A stretch of 64,000 bases of DNA from Rhodoferax sp. (GCA_009693325.1 SHXM01000001.1:1423-65422); one strand, 5' to 3'; shown: positions 11,806 through 21,169, counted from the first letter of the stretch. The notes: generated by a model not told the origin, from the letters alone. Translations and numbers: made by a program.

Positions 11806-13020
11806 ATGCTCTTTTTTCGCGACCTCAGCCTGACCACAGCCACTGCCGGTTTTGTGGCGGTTCTGGTGGGTTTTACCAGTTCGGTGGCCATCGTGTTTCA
11901 GGCGGCGCAAGCCTTTGCGGCGACGCCAGCGCAGACCGGCTCATGGCTCTGGGCCCTTGGCCTGGGCATGGGGCTGTGCACTCTGCTGCCCTCGCTCTAC
12001 TTGCGCAAACCGGTGATGGTGGCCTGGAGCACGCCGGGCGCCGCGGTGCTTGCGACCGCGGGCCTGGCGGGCGGTTTTTCCATGGCCGAGGCGGTCGGTG
12101 CCTTTATGGTTTGCGCCGCCCTGATCACTCTGTTTGGCGTAACCGGCTGGTTTGAGCGGGTCATGCAGCGGCTGCCCCTGGCCATTGCCTCGGGTTTGCT
12201 CGCCGGTGTGCTGGCACGCTTTGGCATGCAGGCTTTTGTGGCGGCGCAAACTGACCTGCCGCTGGTGCTGCTGATGCTCGCTGCCTATTTGCTGGGTCGG
12301 CGTATCACGCCGCGTTTTGTCGTGCCGCTGACCCTCGTGTTGGCGATTGGCTTTGTGGCCGTGACCCAGGGTTTCCGGGGGCCGACCCTTGAGTTTGCAT
12401 TGACTGTGCCGGTGTTTGTGGCGCCGGCGTTCACGCTGGCGGCGGCTGTGAGCCTGGCCCTGCCCTTGTTTGTGGTGACCATGGCCTCGCAAAACCTGCC
12501 CGGTGTGGCTGCCATACAGGCCGCTGGCTATGGCAACCCGCCCGGCGCTGCCGCCGAGGCCGGCATACCGATCTCGAAAATCATCACCCTGACCGGCGTG
12601 GCCACCTTGGTGCTGGCGCCCTTTGGCGGCTTTGCCCTGAACCTGAGCGCCATCACCGCTGCCATTTGCATGGGTCGTGAGTCCCACCCCGACCCCCAAC
12701 GGCGTTACACCGCGGCGGTTGTGTGTGGCGCCATTTATGTGCTCATTGGCCTGTTTGGCGCCGCCATTGTGGCGGCGCTGACCGCCTTTCCCCAGGAGCT
12801 GATTGCCGCCATTGCCGGTTTGGCCCTGCTGGGCACCATTGCCAATGCGCTGCATGTGGCCCTGCGCGATGAGGCGCACCGCGAGGCAGCGCTGATCACC
12901 TTTTTGGTCACCCTCAGCGGCGTGGTGATTGGCGGGGTGGGCGCGGCCTTTTGGGGGGTGCTGGCCGGCGCAGCAGCGCTTTTTGTGCAACAGTACGGGC
13001 TCGCCCGGCCGAGACCCTGA
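11806..13020 (+). CDS. benE: Benzoate/H+ symporter BenE family transporter
   Basis: GFVAVLVGFTSS, AWSTPGAA, TMASQNLPG, NLSAITAAIC motifs. Confidence 0.88.
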   Translation: MLFFRDLSLTTATAGFVAVLVGFTSSVAIVFQAAQAFAATPAQTGSWLWALGLGMGLCTLLPSLYLRKPVMVAWSTPGAAVLATAGLAGGFSMAEAVGAFMVCAALITLFGVTGWFERVMQRLPLAIASGLLAGVLARFGMQAFVAAQTDLPLVLLMLAAYLLGRRITPRFVVPLTLVLAIGFVAVTQGFRGPTLEFALTVPVFVAPAFTLAAAVSLALPLFVVTMASQNLPGVAAIQAAGYGNPPGAAAEAGIPISKIITLTGVATLVLAPFGGFALNLSAITAAICMGRESHPDPQRRYTAAVVCGAIYVLIGLFGAAIVAALTAFPQELIAAIAGLALLGTIANALHVALRDEAHREAALITFLVTLSGVVIGGVGAAFWGVLAGAAALFVQQYGLARPRP

Positions 13021-14000
13021 TGAACTTCTTATTTGTAGCTGACCCGCTGTCGTCCTTCAAGATTTACAAGGACACCACTTTTGCCATGATGCGCGAGGCC
13101 CAGCGCTGTGGCCACGCCATCAGCGTGTGCGAGGTGCGCGACCTGATGTGGCAGCGTGGCGGCCCGGTCACGGCCTTTGTGCGCGACATCACCCTCACTG
13201 GTGGCCCGGTCAATTGGTATACCGCGGCGCAGCAGGCGCCCGATGAGCGGGCGCAGCCGCTCAAAGACTTTGATTGCGTGGTGATGCGCAAGGACCCGCC
13301 ATTTGACAGTGAGTACTTCTATGCCACCCACCTGCTCGAGCAGGCCGAGCGTGAGGGCGCGCGGGTTTTCAACAAGCCGCGGGCCGTGCGCGATCATCCT
13401 GAAAAATTGTCAATTCTCGAGTTTGCTCAGTTCATCGGTCCCACGCTGGTGACCCGCGACCCGGCCGACATTCGCCGTTTTCATGCCGAGCACCGCGACA
13501 TCATCCTTAAGCCACTCGACGGCATGGGTGGCGCTGGCATCTTTCGGGTCAAGGACGACGGCCTGAATCTGGGCAGCATCACCGAAACCCTGAACCGCGA
13601 GGGCCAGCAGACCGTGATGGTGCAAAAGTTCCTGCCCGAGATCGTCCTGGGCGACAAGCGGGTGCTGGTGATTGGCGGGCAAGCCGTGCCGTTTTGCTTG
13701 GCCCGTATTCCCCAGGGCGGCGAGGTGCGCGGCAACCTGGCAGTGGGCGGAAAGGGCGTGGCGCAGCCGCTGAGCGCACGGGACCGCGCCATTGCCGAGG
13801 CGCTGGGCCCGGTGCTGCATGGGCGTGGACTGCTGCTGGTGGGTCTGGACATCATCGGCGACAGCCTGACTGAAATCAATGTCACTAGCCCCACGTGTTT
13901 TCAGGAAATCTTTGACCAGACCGGCTTTGATGTGGCGCAAATGTTCATCCATGCCCTGACCCAAGCCCTGTCTCAGCCAAGCCCAGGCGGGCCGGCCTGA
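13020..14000 (+). CDS. gshB: Glutathione synthetase
   Basis: KDTTFAMM, MRKDPPFD, KPLDGMGG, RGNLAVGG, EINVTSPT. ATG at 13020 overlaps the benE stop. Confidence 0.96.
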   Translation: MNFLFVADPLSSFKIYKDTTFAMMREAQRCGHAISVCEVRDLMWQRGGPVTAFVRDITLTGGPVNWYTAAQQAPDERAQPLKDFDCVVMRKDPPFDSEYFYATHLLEQAEREGARVFNKPRAVRDHPEKLSILEFAQFIGPTLVTRDPADIRRFHAEHRDIILKPLDGMGGAGIFRVKDDGLNLGSITETLNREGQQTVMVQKFLPEIVLGDKRVLVIGGQAVPFCLARIPQGGEVRGNLAVGGKGVAQPLSARDRAIAEALGPVLHGRGLLLVGLDIIGDSLTEINVTSPTCFQEIFDQTGFDVAQMFIHALTQALSQPSPGGPA

Positions 14001-14825
14001 TCAGGCGGCCAGCAGCGCTGCCGAATTGGCCCCTGCCGTGTGCGGCTCGCAGACGCTGCCTCCGGCAAACATGCGCAGTTCGCCCGGCGCCATCGCCACC
14101 CAGTCTTCGTTGGTGGTGAGGGGCTCTGTCACCACAATGGCCAGACGGTCTTGCGGGCTATTGAGTTCGGAGAGGTCGACGCTGACATCATCGTCCTTGA
14201 GGTGCACCTGCGAAAACGGGTGCTGTCGCAAGACATAGTGAAGCCGGGTGCTGGCATGCGCCCACAAGGCCTGCCCGTTGCTGAGTAAAAAATTAAAAGT
14301 GCCGTGCCGGGCGATCTGCGGCACCAATTCGGCCAGGGTCAGGTGCAGTTCGCTGGTGCTGGGCACGCCGGCGTGGGACTTGGCCAACTCTTGCAACAGC
14401 CAGCAAAAAGCCAGCTCGCTGTCAGTGCTGCCAACCGGACGGAAATTGCCGTGCAGCGCCGGCGCGTAATCTGTCAGGTCACCGTTATGGGCAAACACCC
14501 AGTAGCGGCCCCACAGCTCGCGCACAAAGGGGTGGCAGTTCTCGAGGGTGACTGCGCCGATGGTTGCCTTGCGTACATGGGCAACCACGTTATGGCTCTT
14601 GATGGGGTAGCTGCGCAGCATCTGTGCAATGGGGGAGGTGGCGGCGCCCTCTTTGTCAACAAAGTAGCGCACCCCGCGCCCGGGATGATTGCCATCGCTC
14701 TCGAAGAACGCGATGCCCCAACCGTCGGCGTGGTGGTCAGTGCAGCCGCCGCGCTGCGAAAATCCGGTGAAGCTCAGCGTCAAGCTGGCCGGCAGGAGGC
14801 TGTTCATTCCCAGCAGTTGGCACAT
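14001..14825 (-). CDS. Class II glutamine amidotransferase (YafJ-like)
   Basis: MCQLLGMN (Cys2 nucleophile), HADGWGIAF, AHVRKAT, NCHPF, HNG, TDSE. Confidence 0.88.
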   Translation of the reverse strand: MCQLLGMNSLLPASLTLSFTGFSQRGGCTDHHADGWGIAFFESDGNHPGRGVRYFVDKEGAATSPIAQMLRSYPIKSHNVVAHVRKATIGAVTLENCHPFVRELWGRYWVFAHNGDLTDYAPALHGNFRPVGSTDSELAFCWLLQELAKSHAGVPSTSELHLTLAELVPQIARHGTFNFLLSNGQALWAHASTRLHYVLRQHPFSQVHLKDDDVSVDLSELNSPQDRLAIVVTEPLTTNEDWVAMAPGELRMFAGGSVCEPHTAGANSAALLAA

Positions 14826-14862
14826 GGAACGAGTCTACAAGCTCAGTTGTGGCATGCCGTGT

Positions 14863-15054
14863 TCAACTTCGGGGCTCGGTCCAGAGCTTGCCGCCGGTCG
14901 CCCAGTTTTCGCGTTTGACATCGGTGATCAAAATATCGACCGACTCGGGTGAGCCGCCCAGCACCTCCACCGTGATGCGGGTGATTTCTTGCACCAGCCG
15001 GCGCTTTTGTTCGATGGTGCGGCCTTCCATCATTTCAATGTGGTACGTGGGCAT
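14863..15054 (-). CDS. 4-oxalocrotonate tautomerase family protein
   Basis: 63 aa with catalytic Pro after Met1, GRTIEQKR and NWATGG. Confidence 0.9.
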   Translation of the reverse strand: MPTYHIEMMEGRTIEQKRRLVQEITRITVEVLGGSPESVDILITDVKRENWATGGKLWTEPRS

Positions 15055-15108
15055 AATGATCCTGTGCGTAGGGACGGGGCAAAAAAATTGCCGACAACAC
15101 GATGTTAA

Positions 15109-15804
15109 ATGACACAGGGATTAAGAATGGCTGTCAAAGCTGCTATTTTTTGTTGCATGCTGCTCGGCGGTTTGGCCCCGGCGCTGGCGCTGACTCTGGG
15201 CAGCCTGCAGGGGCCGGTCTGGATCGGGCGCTCGATGGATGTGGCGCTTGCCCTGTATGCCGAGGCCGGTGAGGACATGGCTGCCCTGTGCCTGCAGGCT
15301 GACGTGTTTTATGCCGACACCCGGCAAGACCCGCGGAGCGTGAGCCTGAGCTTCAAGGCCGGCCTGCCGGGTCAGCCCGCGATGCTGCGCATTGCTTCGG
15401 CCGCCCCGGTGGACGAGCCCATGGTGACCCTGCATGTGCGTGCTGGTTGCGTGCACAAAACAAGCCGCCGCTATGTGCTGCTGGCCGACCCGCCGCTTGA
15501 TTTGCCGGCCCCTGCGCCTGCCCCTGCCCCTGCGCCCCCGCTTGCCGCCAGCCCGCCTGCGCCACCAGCCGAGCCCGCGGCCTTTGCCAGCGCCAGCGAG
15601 CCCAGCCCACCCGCAGCGCCCACCATCGCAGCGCCGGCATTGGCGGCGCCGGTCAAGTTGGCCGAGCCGGGCAAGGCGGCAAAGCGGGCCAAGGCGGGCA
15701 ACAGGGGCAAGAAGGGCAAGGCCGCCAAACCGGCCAAGCCAGCTCGGGCGGGTGAGGCCGGCAAGCGGGCCAAGGTGGGCACGGCTGCTCTAGCCAAGCC
15801 GTAA
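15109..15804 (+). CDS. Exported protein with FimV-like N-terminal domain and Pro/Ala/Lys-rich tail, possibly truncated
   Basis: Signal peptide, LTLGSL.G...GR..DV, VDEP.VTL.V.AGC....RRYVLLADPP, followed only by low-complexity linker. Confidence 0.55.
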   Translation: MTQGLRMAVKAAIFCCMLLGGLAPALALTLGSLQGPVWIGRSMDVALALYAEAGEDMAALCLQADVFYADTRQDPRSVSLSFKAGLPGQPAMLRIASAAPVDEPMVTLHVRAGCVHKTSRRYVLLADPPLDLPAPAPAPAPAPPLAASPPAPPAEPAAFASASEPSPPAAPTIAAPALAAPVKLAEPGKAAKRAKAGNRGKKGKAAKPAKPARAGEAGKRAKVGTAALAKP

Positions 15805-15811
15805 CCGCCGG

Positions 15812-17287
15812 CTACAGGCGGGTATCGGAATCCAGCAAGGCTTGGCCGATGATCTTCACCCCGGCCTCGATGCGCTCCAACGGGATCGACGAGTAGCCGA
15901 TGCGCAGCTGCTGCTGGCCATGGGCGCCAGTTTGGTAAAAAATGTCGCCGCGCTCCACCACCACACCCTGCGGGTAGAGCCGCTCGGTCAGGGCTTGGCA
16001 ATCCAGGCCCGCCTGGCCGGTGACCCACACCGCCGAGCCCCCCTGCGCGACCACCGCATGCAGGGTGGGCGCGTGCCGGGCCAAAGCGGTGTGCAGCGCT
16101 GCTGCGCGTTCGCGGTAGACGCGGTTGAGTTTGCGCAGATAGGCCTCGTGGTAACCGTGGGCAATAAAGCTGGCCGCCGATTGCTGGTTGTTGGTTGGCA
16201 CATGTCGCATCATCAGGCGGCGCAGCGCCCGCAGTTCGCGCACCAAAGCGGCCGGGGCCACCAAATAGCCCAGTCGCAGCCCATGCGCCAGTGTCTTGGA
16301 CAGGCTGCCCAGGTACAAGACCCGTTGCGACTTGTCCAGGCTTTTGAGCGCTGGCGTGGGCTGGCCGTCAAAATTGAGTTCGCTCTCATGGTCGTCCTCG
16401 ATCACCACAAAATCATCACGCTGTGCCATGGCCAGCAGCGCCTGTCGGCGCGCCAAGGGCATCGTGACGGTCGTCGGGCATTGGTGGCTAGGCGTCACAT
16501 AGACATACTCGCAGCCTGCTAGCTTGGGCCCCAAAACCAAGCCATCGCCATCCACAGGCAAGGCGGCGACGTGCGCGCTGCGCAAACTGAAATTGTTGCG
16601 CGCGTCGGGGTAGCCCGGGTCTTCTATCCCGACCCGGGTGTCAGGGCCGATGAGCAACATCGCGAGCAAAAAACTGGCCTGCTGCACGCCGCAGGTGATC
16701 AAAATTTCGTCGCGCTCGACCCAGATACCTCGTGCGGGTAGCAAGCGGCGGTGGATTTGGTCGACCAGGGCGGTATCGTCGCGGTCAAGGTGGTCGGGCG
16801 CCCAGCGCCGGACCGCCTGCGGCTGCAGGGACTCCAGCGCACAGGCGCGCCAGTCTCGAAACGGGAACAGCGCACCATCGAATTGACCGTAAATGAAAGG
16901 ATAGGGCTGGCCTTGCCAATCGGTCGGCTTGACGATGTTGCGCTGGGCCGATGGCTGCATCTGCAGCCGTGCGCGCCAGTCTGCTGCGCCGCCTGCCAGG
17001 GCCTGGTGGTCGGGCTGTGCGGCGATGCTGGCCGCGGGTAAGGGCGGCGCCACAAAATATCCGCTGCGCTGCCGCCCGATCAATATGCCCCGGTCGGTCA
17101 GCGCCTGGAGTGCCAGAGTCACCGTCGTGCGCGAAAGCCCCAATTCGGCCGCCAGCGTCCGGCTGGCTGGCAGCGCAGCGCCTGGCGCCAAAAAGCCCTG
17201 CGCCACCGCTTGCACCAGCATGTCGCACAACTGCCGCTGTAATGTGCCGGGCGGCTGGGCGAAACCTTGAAACAAACGCAACCACAT
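15812..17287 (-). CDS. MocR/GabR family PLP-dependent regulator (TauR-like)
   Basis: N-terminal GntR wHTH (LPASRTLAAELGLSRTTV) plus aminotransferase domain (VTPSHQCPT, IEDD, GSLSKTL..GLRLGY). Start at ATG 17287, alternative 17317. Confidence 0.9.
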   Translation of the reverse strand: MWLRLFQGFAQPPGTLQRQLCDMLVQAVAQGFLAPGAALPASRTLAAELGLSRTTVTLALQALTDRGILIGRQRSGYFVAPPLPAASIAAQPDHQALAGGAADWRARLQMQPSAQRNIVKPTDWQGQPYPFIYGQFDGALFPFRDWRACALESLQPQAVRRWAPDHLDRDDTALVDQIHRRLLPARGIWVERDEILITCGVQQASFLLAMLLIGPDTRVGIEDPGYPDARNNFSLRSAHVAALPVDGDGLVLGPKLAGCEYVYVTPSHQCPTTVTMPLARRQALLAMAQRDDFVVIEDDHESELNFDGQPTPALKSLDKSQRVLYLGSLSKTLAHGLRLGYLVAPAALVRELRALRRLMMRHVPTNNQQSAASFIAHGYHEAYLRKLNRVYRERAAALHTALARHAPTLHAVVAQGGSAVWVTGQAGLDCQALTERLYPQGVVVERGDIFYQTGAHGQQQLRIGYSSIPLERIEAGVKIIGQALLDSDTRL

Positions 17288-17321
17288 GAGCTCACCGGTG
17301 CGGCCAATGCGGGGCATAGTT

Positions 17322-17354
17322 CTGGTCCTATATAAAGTTCCTGACTGGCATTAT
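17322..17354 (+). promoter_or_regulatory. Candidate MocR/TauR operator: direct repeat CTGGTCCTAT-N13-CTGGCATTAT
   Basis: Two imperfect 10-mers at 23-bp period in the divergent intergenic region; resemble the TauR direct-repeat box CTGGACYTAA. Confidence 0.6.
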
Positions 17355-17387
17355 GCGTACATTGTTGTCTTGCCTACCATCCGTGGC

Positions 17388-18707
17388 ATGCCGATCGAAT
17401 ACCTCAAGCGGGCCCAAGCACCCCAGCCGAGCCACGACACCGCCACGGCTGACACGGTGCGCACCATGCTGGACGCCATCGCCGCCGGCGGCGAGCCGGT
17501 GGCCCAGGCCTATGCCGCCGAGCTTGATGGCTGGCACGGGCCGGTGGTGGTGGCGCCAGAGGCCTTTGCCCGGGCCGAGGCCGCGCTGAGCGACGGCGTC
17601 AAGCAAGATATCCGCTTTGCGCGCGACCGGGTGCAAGACTTTGCCCGGCGCCAGCGCGATTCAATGCAGGAGTTCTCCGCCGAACCGATACCCGGCCTGA
17701 CGGTCGGCCAGCGCCTGATCCCCTGCCAGACGGCGGGCTGCTATGTGCCGGGTGGCCGCTATGCCCATGCTGCCAGCGCCATCATGAGCGTCGGCACCGC
17801 CTCGGTAGCCGGGGTGCGGCACATCATCGCCACCACGCCAGCGCATGCGCAGGACGGCATTCACCCCGCCATCCTGTACGCCATGCAAATCTGCGGCGTC
17901 AGCACGGTGCTGGCGCTGGGTGGGGTGCAGGGCGTGGCGGCGCTGGCCCATGGCCTGTTCAGCGGCCGGCCGGCTGACATCATCGTTGGGCCCGGCAACC
18001 GCTTTGTTGCCGAGGCCAAGCGCCTGCTGTTTGGCCGGGTTGGCATCGACGTGATCGCTGGCCCCACCGAGTCGGCGGTGATTGCCGACGACAGCGCCGA
18101 CCCGACCATCGTCACCGCCGATCTGGTCGGCCAGGCCGAGCACGGCCCGGATTCACCAGTCTGGCTGATCACCAGCTCGCGTGCCCTGGGCGAGCAGGTG
18201 CTGGCCCTGGCGCCATCGTTCATTGCGTCGCTGCCCGAGCTGGCCCGCCAGGCGGCCGAGGCGGCCTGGCGCGACCACGCCGAGGTGGTGCTGGTCGACA
18301 ACCGGGATGAGGCGGTGCAGGTCAGCGACAACTACGCCTGTGAACACGTGCAGGTGATGGCGCGGGACCTCGACTGGTGGCTGGCCAAGCTGAGCAACTA
18401 TGGCTCGCTGTTTCTGGGCGAGGAAACCACAGTGGCCTATGGCGACAAGTGCAGCGGCCCCAACCATATCCTGCCTACCCGGGGCGCGGCGCGTTACTCG
18501 GGCGGGCTGTCGGTGGGCAAGTTCATCAAGACCGTCACCTGGCAGCGTCTGAACCGCGAGGCCTCGCGCACCGTGGGCCAGGTGGCAGCGCGTATCTCGC
18601 GGCTGGAAGGCATGGAGGGCCACGCCCGCACCGGTGATGTGCGGCTTGCCAAATATTTTCCCGACGAGTCGTTTGATCTGGGTCGGCTCGGCGGACACGG
18701 AGGCTGA
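17388..18707 (+). CDS. hpsN: Histidinol dehydrogenase-fold enzyme of the HpsN (sulfopropanediol 3-dehydrogenase) type
   Basis: MPIEYLKRA start, GCYVPGGRY, GPGNRFVAEAK, AGPTE, QAEHG, EH. Has GDKCSGPNHILPT where HisD has GDY..G. Not in a his operon; sulfonate context. Exact substrate uncertain. Confidence 0.72.
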   Translation: MPIEYLKRAQAPQPSHDTATADTVRTMLDAIAAGGEPVAQAYAAELDGWHGPVVVAPEAFARAEAALSDGVKQDIRFARDRVQDFARRQRDSMQEFSAEPIPGLTVGQRLIPCQTAGCYVPGGRYAHAASAIMSVGTASVAGVRHIIATTPAHAQDGIHPAILYAMQICGVSTVLALGGVQGVAALAHGLFSGRPADIIVGPGNRFVAEAKRLLFGRVGIDVIAGPTESAVIADDSADPTIVTADLVGQAEHGPDSPVWLITSSRALGEQVLALAPSFIASLPELARQAAEAAWRDHAEVVLVDNRDEAVQVSDNYACEHVQVMARDLDWWLAKLSNYGSLFLGEETTVAYGDKCSGPNHILPTRGAARYSGGLSVGKFIKTVTWQRLNREASRTVGQVAARISRLEGMEGHARTGDVRLAKYFPDESFDLGRLGGHGG

Positions 18708-18711
18708 CCCG

Positions 18712-19995
18712 ATGACTGCGCCCATTCCCACCCCCGGCACGACCCTGCACCTTGACCTGAGCCAACAGGAGCCGATTCCACCCGATGGTGTTGCTGCCGC
18801 CCTGGCCCTGATGCAGAGCGGCAAGCTGCACCGTTACGGCGAGACCGACGGCAAGCTCAGCCCGGTGGCGGCGCTGGAGGCGGCTTTTGCGGCTGAGCTG
18901 GGGCTGCCCTATTGCGTGGCGCTCAACTCCTGTGGCTCCAGCATGTTTGTGGCGCTCAAAAGTGCTGGTGTGATGCCGGGTGACGCGGTGTTGTCCAACT
19001 GCTTCACGCTGGCGCCGGTGCCGGGTGCGCTGGCCCACGCCGGGGCCCGGCCGGTGCTGGTGGACGTGTGCGACGACTACACCATTGACCTGGACGATCT
19101 GGCGCGCAAGGCGCGCAGCAGCGGCGCCAAAACCCTGCTGCTGTCGCACATGCGCGGCCACATCTGTGACATGGCACGGCTGACTGCGGTCTGCACTGAG
19201 TACGGTCTTGCGCTGATCGAGGACTGCGCCCACACCATGGGCGCGGGCTGGGATGGCCGAGCCACCGGCACCTGGGGCTTGGCGGCTTGCTTCAGCCTGC
19301 AAAGCTACAAGCATGCCAACAGCGGCGAAGGCGGCCTGCTGGTCACGCGCGACCCTGACCTGGCCGCGCGGGCCATCCTGTACTCTGGCAGTTACATGTT
19401 TTACGCCGCGCACGGTGCCCGGCCCGACGAGGCAGTGTTTGAGCGCTGGAAATACAGCACGCCCAATTTCAGCCTGCGCATGGGCAATCTGCCCGCCGCG
19501 CTGGCGTTGGCGCAACTCGGCCCGGTGCTGGCCGACCGCGGCCGGCGCTGGAACCAGCGCTACCACTGGCTCAGCCAGGCTCTGGCCGGCGCGCCGGGCT
19601 TGCAGTTGCCAGAGCGGCTGCCCAAAGAGCAGTTTGTGGCCAGCTCGCTCCAGTTTTCGCTGCCCGGGCTGGGGCGTGAGGCTATTCAGCGCTTTCTCGC
19701 ACTGTGTGCCGCCCGGGGCCTGCACATCAAATGGTTTGGCGCCGACGAGCCCAAGGGCTTCACCAGCGTTTGGCAGCACTGGCGTTTTTTTGGCGAGCCG
19801 CAGGTGCTGCCCAACGCCGAGCGGGTCATGGCCGGTCTGTGCGACATGCGCCTGCCGCTGACCTTGAGCGAGCTTGACTGCCAGGCGATTGCAGCGGTGG
19901 TGCATGAGAGTCTGGCCCTGCTGCTGCCCAGCGGCGGGCCAAACCAGGATGCGGCCGGGCAAGGGTTTTCACGCAGCCCAGGCCGGCCGGGCTGA
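18712..19995 (+). CDS. DegT/DnrJ/EryC1/StrS family PLP-dependent aminotransferase
   Basis: QQEPIP..G, LHRY, LIEDCAH, FSLQSYKH (PLP lysine) followed by GEGG. Confidence 0.88.
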   Translation: MTAPIPTPGTTLHLDLSQQEPIPPDGVAAALALMQSGKLHRYGETDGKLSPVAALEAAFAAELGLPYCVALNSCGSSMFVALKSAGVMPGDAVLSNCFTLAPVPGALAHAGARPVLVDVCDDYTIDLDDLARKARSSGAKTLLLSHMRGHICDMARLTAVCTEYGLALIEDCAHTMGAGWDGRATGTWGLAACFSLQSYKHANSGEGGLLVTRDPDLAARAILYSGSYMFYAAHGARPDEAVFERWKYSTPNFSLRMGNLPAALALAQLGPVLADRGRRWNQRYHWLSQALAGAPGLQLPERLPKEQFVASSLQFSLPGLGREAIQRFLALCAARGLHIKWFGADEPKGFTSVWQHWRFFGEPQVLPNAERVMAGLCDMRLPLTLSELDCQAIAAVVHESLALLLPSGGPNQDAAGQGFSRSPGRPG

Positions 19996-20098
19996 CTTTA
20001 TGATGGGGCATCAGGCCATGTTGACACGACATGGCAGGGTGGCTTCACAGGCGCGGAGACAAGTTTTTGTAGGGTGTTAATTTTTACAGGAGAAATCT

Positions 20099-21103
20099 AT
20101 GAAGATGCATAAACGTCAGATGTTGGGTGTTGGCTTGGCAGCTCTGCTGGCCAGCGGCAGTCTGTTCGCCCAGGCGAAAAAAGAAGTCACGATTGCGCAC
20201 CAGGACATGTTGGTGCCTTTCCAGGCACTGATGGATACCGGCGAGCTTGAAAAGGCCACGGGCTACAAAATCAACTACCGACTGTTTGGCGGCGGTGGTG
20301 ATGTCATCAAGGCCATGGCCTCGGGTGATGTGCAACTCGGCCAGATCGGCTCCAGCCCCCTGACCGCGGCCGCCAGCCAGGGCCAGGATATCAAGCTGTT
20401 CTGGATTCTGGACGACATTGCTGATGCCGAGGCCCTGATCGCGCGCAGCGGCTCGGGCGTCAACACCGTGAAAGACCTCAAAGGCAAGAAGGTCGCCACC
20501 CCCTTTGTCTCGACCGCCCATTACCAGCTGATGGCAGTCATGAAAATGGAAGGGCTGGACGCCAACTCGGTCAATGTGATGAACATGCGTCCGCCCGAAA
20601 TTGCGGCGGCCTGGGAGCGTGGCGATATTGATGCGGCTTTCATTTGGGACCCGGTGCTCAGCAAGATCAAGGGCAAAGGCAAGGCGATTGCCAGCTCGGG
20701 CAGCATTGGTGCCAAGGGTTATCCCACGTTCGACGGCTTTGCTGTGAACGCCAAGTGGGCGACCGAGCATGAGGCCTTCATGGTGGCGCTGGTTCAGGCC
20801 CTGGCCAAGGCTGACGCCGAGTACCGCAAAGACGGCGCAAAGTGGACCGCCAATACACCGCAGGTCAAGGCCATCGCCAAGATGACCAAGGCCGACGCTG
20901 CAGAGGTGCCGGCTGCCATGAGTTTGTACAAGTTCCCCACACCGGCGGAGCAACTCAGCGCTACTTGGCTCGGTGGCGGTGCTGCCAAAGCCATGACCGG
21001 CACCGCTGCCTTCCTGAAGGAGCAGGGCCGCATTCAGGAAGTCAAACCAGACTACGCAGCCTTCGTGACCGATGCCTATGTGAAAAAGGCTGGTTTGAAA
21101 TAA
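20099..21103 (+). CDS. tauA: Taurine/aminosulfonate ABC transporter substrate-binding protein
   Basis: Signal peptide, F.GG.DVI.AMASGDVQLG.IGSSP, ATPFVSTAHY, PPEIAAAWERGDIDAAFIWDP; AGGAG RBS. Confidence 0.85.
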   Translation: MKMHKRQMLGVGLAALLASGSLFAQAKKEVTIAHQDMLVPFQALMDTGELEKATGYKINYRLFGGGGDVIKAMASGDVQLGQIGSSPLTAAASQGQDIKLFWILDDIADAEALIARSGSGVNTVKDLKGKKVATPFVSTAHYQLMAVMKMEGLDANSVNVMNMRPPEIAAAWERGDIDAAFIWDPVLSKIKGKGKAIASSGSIGAKGYPTFDGFAVNAKWATEHEAFMVALVQALAKADAEYRKDGAKWTANTPQVKAIAKMTKADAAEVPAAMSLYKFPTPAEQLSATWLGGGAAKAMTGTAAFLKEQGRIQEVKPDYAAFVTDAYVKKAGLK

Positions 21104-21169
21104 GCCGGATCGAGCGCTGGGGCTGCCAGTTGCAGCGCAGGGCCGCAGGCTGCGCGCTTCAGCCCGGCG

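Noticed and set aside
5035-14825. Glutathione super-cluster (ggt, gshA, gshB, YafJ-like)
   Set aside because: gshA-kup-benE-gshB appears to be ordinary family synteny; no evidence of a new system
15508-15545. CCTGCS hexamer repeats
   Set aside because: Simply encode a Pro-Ala linker
17388-18707. Housekeeping hisD
   Set aside because: No his genes nearby, GDK motif instead of GDY, and sulfonate-type regulator and transporter context
18712-19995. O-antigen or amino-sugar biosynthesis locus
   Set aside because: No glycosyltransferase, nucleotidyltransferase or dehydratase genes adjacent
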